Below, in pieces: positions 15,716-18,954 of a stretch of DNA of 18,954 nt (the first letter of the stretch is position 1; each line of letters begins with the position of its first letter). Under the pieces are notes generated by a model. That model searched no databases and was not told the DNA's origin. It worked only from the letters and a program-made list of their open reading frames with translations. Made by a program: the position numbers and the translations under genes. The stretch comes from Erysipelotrichaceae bacterium (lineage in GTDB: Bacteria > Bacillota_I > Bacilli_A > Erysipelotrichales > Erysipelotrichaceae), in assembly GCA_963586925.1 (NCBI GenBank), contig CAVAAT010000042.1, forward strand, positions 35,335 through 54,288, written 5' to 3'.

Positions 15716-16996
15716 ATGAACGCTAAGAAGAAAATGTTAAGGATTAAATGGAGGACAACTATACCAGCAATTATCTGTGTGATCTTATTTTTATATTTGA
15801 TCATCTCTTTGATCGTTACTCTTTTTAGTGGATCATCTAAAGATATAGATATCTATAAGATCGGTGATCTTAATGGCAAGAAAACATTAGAAGTCATCAA
15901 TAAGGAAGATAGAAGTAATCCTACAGAAGTTAAAGAATACAATTTTTATGGTGAATCTTTAAACTTATATTTTGATACTTATTCTTTGAACATCAGTAAA
16001 TCAAATACTTTAAATGGCAAGACTGTGGTATTAAAAGATTTATTAGATGAGAATAATGTAGTTGAATTTACTGATCTGACTAATAAGATCGATGATCAGA
16101 TAGATCTTGGCGAATTAAATGATGGTTTCTATAGCGTATATTTAAAAGATGGTGAATCTTTATCACGTTTGTACTATAGCTCAATTATTTCTTATGACAA
16201 CTATATGTATACTGTCAGAAGAAATGGTACTTCTAAAAAGGTTGAGATATTAGCAGATAAAACGTTATTTGATCAAGAAGGTAGTAATGAATCAGTTTTA
16301 GATAACAATTATATTTATATTAAAGTTTCTACAGCTTCTGATGAAGAAAATACACAATATGATTTCGCTATCTCTACTGCTCCTGCATTAGTTTATGAAG
16401 GTGTATCTTTAGTTGGAGTAGAGGATAATGGCATTGTTGAAGCACAAGAATTATATGAATTAGCTACTAACTTAAAGACGGCCTTAGAAGCTAAAGGTTT
16501 CAAGGTATTGATCTTAAAGGAACAATATGATCAAGATATCTCTTACTATGGAACTAATGGAGTTCTATATAAAGCTTATAACTCTAAAGCTAAATATATG
16601 ATTCATTTAGATATGGATGAATATGGTAATAAAGCATTGTTATATTCTACTAAATCTAGTGGAAAGTTAGCTAAAGCAGTATTTGATAGTTTAATGAGTT
16701 CAACTACTTTATATGAATCAGCAGATTATCTTTCAATTTGTGATCTAGCTGATGATGGTATCAGTGATTCTCAATATGAGATAAGAGAAGCAGGTGGAAT
16801 TGTGCTTGCTGCAGGAACTTATTCAGAAAGCTCACAACAAAACAGCTCATTTGCTTCTAATAATAAATTTGGTATTGATACAATTGAGATCATCACTACT
16901 AATATCAATGATGTAAGTGATGTTACTAATTGGTTAGAAAATAAGACAAAAGCTGTTGATGCCATTGTTAGTGGTATCTTAACAGTGATCAAATAA
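15716..16996 (+). CDS. Membrane-anchored protein with a C-terminal Amidase_3 (N-acetylmuramoyl-L-alanine amidase)-like domain, possibly non-canonical
   Basis: There is an N-terminal TM anchor (IPAIICVILFLYLIISLIVTLF). From about residue 215, the segments EAQELYELATNLKTALEAKGFKVLILKE, AKYMIHLDMD, ALLYSTKSSGKLAKAVFDSL and YEIREAGG match the Amidase_3 pattern by eye. RBS GGAGG at 15702-15706. Confidence 0.5.
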   Translation: MNAKKKMLRIKWRTTIPAIICVILFLYLIISLIVTLFSGSSKDIDIYKIGDLNGKKTLEVINKEDRSNPTEVKEYNFYGESLNLYFDTYSLNISKSNTLNGKTVVLKDLLDENNVVEFTDLTNKIDDQIDLGELNDGFYSVYLKDGESLSRLYYSSIISYDNYMYTVRRNGTSKKVEILADKTLFDQEGSNESVLDNNYIYIKVSTASDEENTQYDFAISTAPALVYEGVSLVGVEDNGIVEAQELYELATNLKTALEAKGFKVLILKEQYDQDISYYGTNGVLYKAYNSKAKYMIHLDMDEYGNKALLYSTKSSGKLAKAVFDSLMSSTTLYESADYLSICDLADDGISDSQYEIREAGGIVLAAGTYSESSQQNSSFASNNKFGIDTIEIITTNINDVSDVTNWLENKTKAVDAIVSGILTVIK

Positions 16997-17004
16997 GGTG
17001 TTAT

Positions 17005-18855
17005 ATGTTATTAAGGATAGATAACGGAAAAAAAGAGTTCTCAGGAGAGACATTATTTGATAATGTCAATTTTGAGATAAGAGGAAATGAAAAGGTAGCT
17101 GTCATCGGTCGAAATGGCTGTGGCAAGACTACCTTATTAAAAGTAATAACTGCTCAAGAGCAATTGGATAGTGGCAATTTAACTATCGCTAATGGCATTA
17201 CTATAGGTTTATTATCTCAAAAAGCTTTTGCGGATGAAGAAAAAACTGTTCAAGAAAGTTTCAATGAGATCTACAAGCACATCTTAGATGTGAAAGAGAA
17301 AATGGATGATCTCGCTATAAGATTAGAAAGTGAATATTCTGATGAACTTCTAAAACAATATTCAGCTTTACAACAAGAATTTGAACAACATGATGGTTAT
17401 AACTATAATCAACAACAGATGATCTTGTTTACCAAGTTTGGCTTTTCTATGGAAGATCTAAATAAAAGGATCGCTGAGTTTTCTGGAGGCCAAAAAACAA
17501 GACTTGCTTTTGTTCGCTTGCTTTTGGAACAACCAGATATCTTACTATTAGATGAGCCAACTAATCACTTGGATATGAGTACTATTGAATGGCTTGAAGG
17601 TTACTTATTAAAGTATCCTAAGGCTATTGTTATCGTGAGTCATGATCGTATGTTCATGGATAAGATCGTTTCAGAAGTCTATGAGTTTGAGTTTGGTAAA
17701 CTTAATCATTATATGGGCAATTACACCAAGTTTGTTGAATTAAAGAAACAGGACTTTGAAAGAAAACAGATTGCTTATAAAAATCAACAGGAGGAGATCA
17801 AAAGACTAGAAGAAGTCATTGAAAAATTCCGTTACAAGAAAAATAAAGCAGCTTTTGCGCAAAGTAAGATCAAATATCTTGAAAAGATGGAAAAAATCGA
17901 AAAACCGGCAGAAGATAAAAAGAAGATGAATTTAAGCTTTGAAAAATCGATAAAGGGTGGTAACACAGTTTTAACAGTCAAAGACTTAAAGATCGGTTAT
18001 GATAAACCTTTATGTACTGTTGATTTTCAAATGCTTGCTCATGATCGTATCGCTGTGATCGGACCTAATGGTATGGGCAAGAGTACTTTATTGAAGACTT
18101 TGATCGGTGATGTGGTTGCACTTGATGGTGATGTGCTTTTTGGTCATCAGATCTATTACTCTTATTTTGATCAAACCTTAGCCCAAGTCAATTCACAAAA
18201 GACGATATTAGATGAGTTATGGGATCTCTATCCTCAATATGATCACACTCAGATCAGAAAGATCTTAGGTAGTTTCTTATTTACTGCTGATGATGTCTTT
18301 AAGACTTGTGATGTTTTGAGCGGTGGGGAAAAAGTAAGATTATCTTTATGTAAGATGATGTTATCAAAAGTCAATCTAATGATACTAGATGAGCCAACAA
18401 ACCACTTAGATATCAGTGGTAAAGAGGCATTAGAGAATGCTTTACTAAATTACGATGGTTCAGTCTTATTTGTTTCACATGATCGTTATTTCATCAATAA
18501 ATTGGCAACAAAGATCCTTTATATTGATGGAGAAAATAGTAAGTTCTATCAACTTAATTATCAAGAATATCTTGAAAAATCAAAAGGAGTAGAACCTATA
18601 AAAAAGACTGTAGAGAAAAAAGAAGAAGTTAAAAAGATCGATAGTAAGACAGAGCGAGAAAATAAAAGAAAAGCTGAATCTTTAGAAAAACAGATCGCTA
18701 AGGCTGAAGATAAATTGGCTAAATTGAGAGATCTAAGATATGATGAAGAATATTATCACGATTATCAAAAGATGAACCAATTAGATGAAGAAATTGATGA
18801 ACAAGTCAATGAAGTAGAACGTTTGATGAGTGAGTGGGAGAAGTATGCCTCATAA
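17005..18855 (+). CDS. ABC-F family ATPase (YdiF/Uup-like, two ABC cassettes, no TM domain)
   Basis: Cassette 1 has GRNGCGKTT, FSGGQKTRLAF and LLLDEPTNHLD. Cassette 2 has GPNGMGKST, LSGGEKVRLSL and MILDEPTNHLD. It also has a charged inter-domain linker and a lysine/glutamate-rich C-terminal coiled-coil tail. Confidence 0.92.
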   Translation: MLLRIDNGKKEFSGETLFDNVNFEIRGNEKVAVIGRNGCGKTTLLKVITAQEQLDSGNLTIANGITIGLLSQKAFADEEKTVQESFNEIYKHILDVKEKMDDLAIRLESEYSDELLKQYSALQQEFEQHDGYNYNQQQMILFTKFGFSMEDLNKRIAEFSGGQKTRLAFVRLLLEQPDILLLDEPTNHLDMSTIEWLEGYLLKYPKAIVIVSHDRMFMDKIVSEVYEFEFGKLNHYMGNYTKFVELKKQDFERKQIAYKNQQEEIKRLEEVIEKFRYKKNKAAFAQSKIKYLEKMEKIEKPAEDKKKMNLSFEKSIKGGNTVLTVKDLKIGYDKPLCTVDFQMLAHDRIAVIGPNGMGKSTLLKTLIGDVVALDGDVLFGHQIYYSYFDQTLAQVNSQKTILDELWDLYPQYDHTQIRKILGSFLFTADDVFKTCDVLSGGEKVRLSLCKMMLSKVNLMILDEPTNHLDISGKEALENALLNYDGSVLFVSHDRYFINKLATKILYIDGENSKFYQLNYQEYLEKSKGVEPIKKTVEKKEEVKKIDSKTERENKRKAESLEKQIAKAEDKLAKLRDLRYDEEYYHDYQKMNQLDEEIDEQVNEVERLMSEWEKYAS

Positions 18856-18954
18856 CTATATATTAAAGAGATCTGATAGAAAGACCCTTGCCATAAAGGT
18901 CGTTGATGATAAGCTTTATGCTTATGCTCCTTTATTGATGCCTACTAAAACGAT
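18845..18954 (+). CDS. DUF45/YgjP-like (M48-related) metal-dependent hydrolase, N-terminal part only
   Basis: MPHNYILKRSDRKTLAIKVVDDKLYAYAPLLMPTKT matches the usual DUF45 N-terminus (Y.l.RS.RrKtl.i.v...g.v.v.aP). The ATG overlaps the last codons of the ABC-F gene. The CDS is truncated by the window end. Confidence 0.6.
   Translation, partial: MPHNYILKRSDRKTLAIKVVDDKLYAYAPLLMPTKT

Noticed and set aside
1-18954. Mollicutes-type genetic code (TGA = Trp), considered because of the very low G+C
   Set aside because: TGA terminates several well-defined genes (for example at 4288-4290, 6949-6951 and 7940-7942). Conserved Trp residues, such as the W in IPWDDD, are encoded by TGG.
1-18954. CRISPR arrays, tRNA/rRNA genes, transposases/integrases, toxin-antitoxin pairs or a recognisable defence system
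   Set aside because: I saw no regularly spaced repeats, tRNA-like cloverleaf sequences, recombinase motifs or small paired ORFs. The only nuclease-like gene is the degraded PD-(D/E)XK pseudogene. I therefore do not claim a novel system here.

Overview
AT-rich bacterial chromosome segment, probably Bacillota with an Erysipelotrichia/Clostridia-like gene style. It uses the standard genetic code: TGA is a stop and TGG encodes conserved Trp. All 19 supported genes are on the + strand. Bases 1-7942 are the distal part of a cell-surface glycopolymer locus with four LicD-family phosphotransferase paralogues (one cut by the window edge), two paralogous GT4 glycosyltransferases, one GT2 glycosyltransferase and a Wzx/MOP-type flippase. 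Bases 8035-11203 are housekeeping: an MBL-fold hydrolase followed by the t6A operon tsaE-tsaB-rimI-tsaD. Bases 11258-12108 hold a decayed AAA-ATPase-like/PD-(D/E)XK (PDDEXK_9-type) gene. It is followed by a 465-bp non-coding stretch with hairpins, an orphan terminator, a Rex-box-like site and a degenerate direct repeat. The rest is core: a multi-pass membrane protein, rex, an Asn-specific T-box leader with asnS, a membrane-anchored amidase_3-like protein, a YdiF-like ABC-F ATPase, and the start of a DUF45/M48-like metallopeptidase. I found no CRISPR array, tRNA or rRNA gene, intact mobile element, toxin-antitoxin pair or recognisable defence system. The most unusual parts are the duplicated LicD/GT4 architecture and the accessory gap between tsaD and rex. 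I do not see convincing evidence for a wholly new system.
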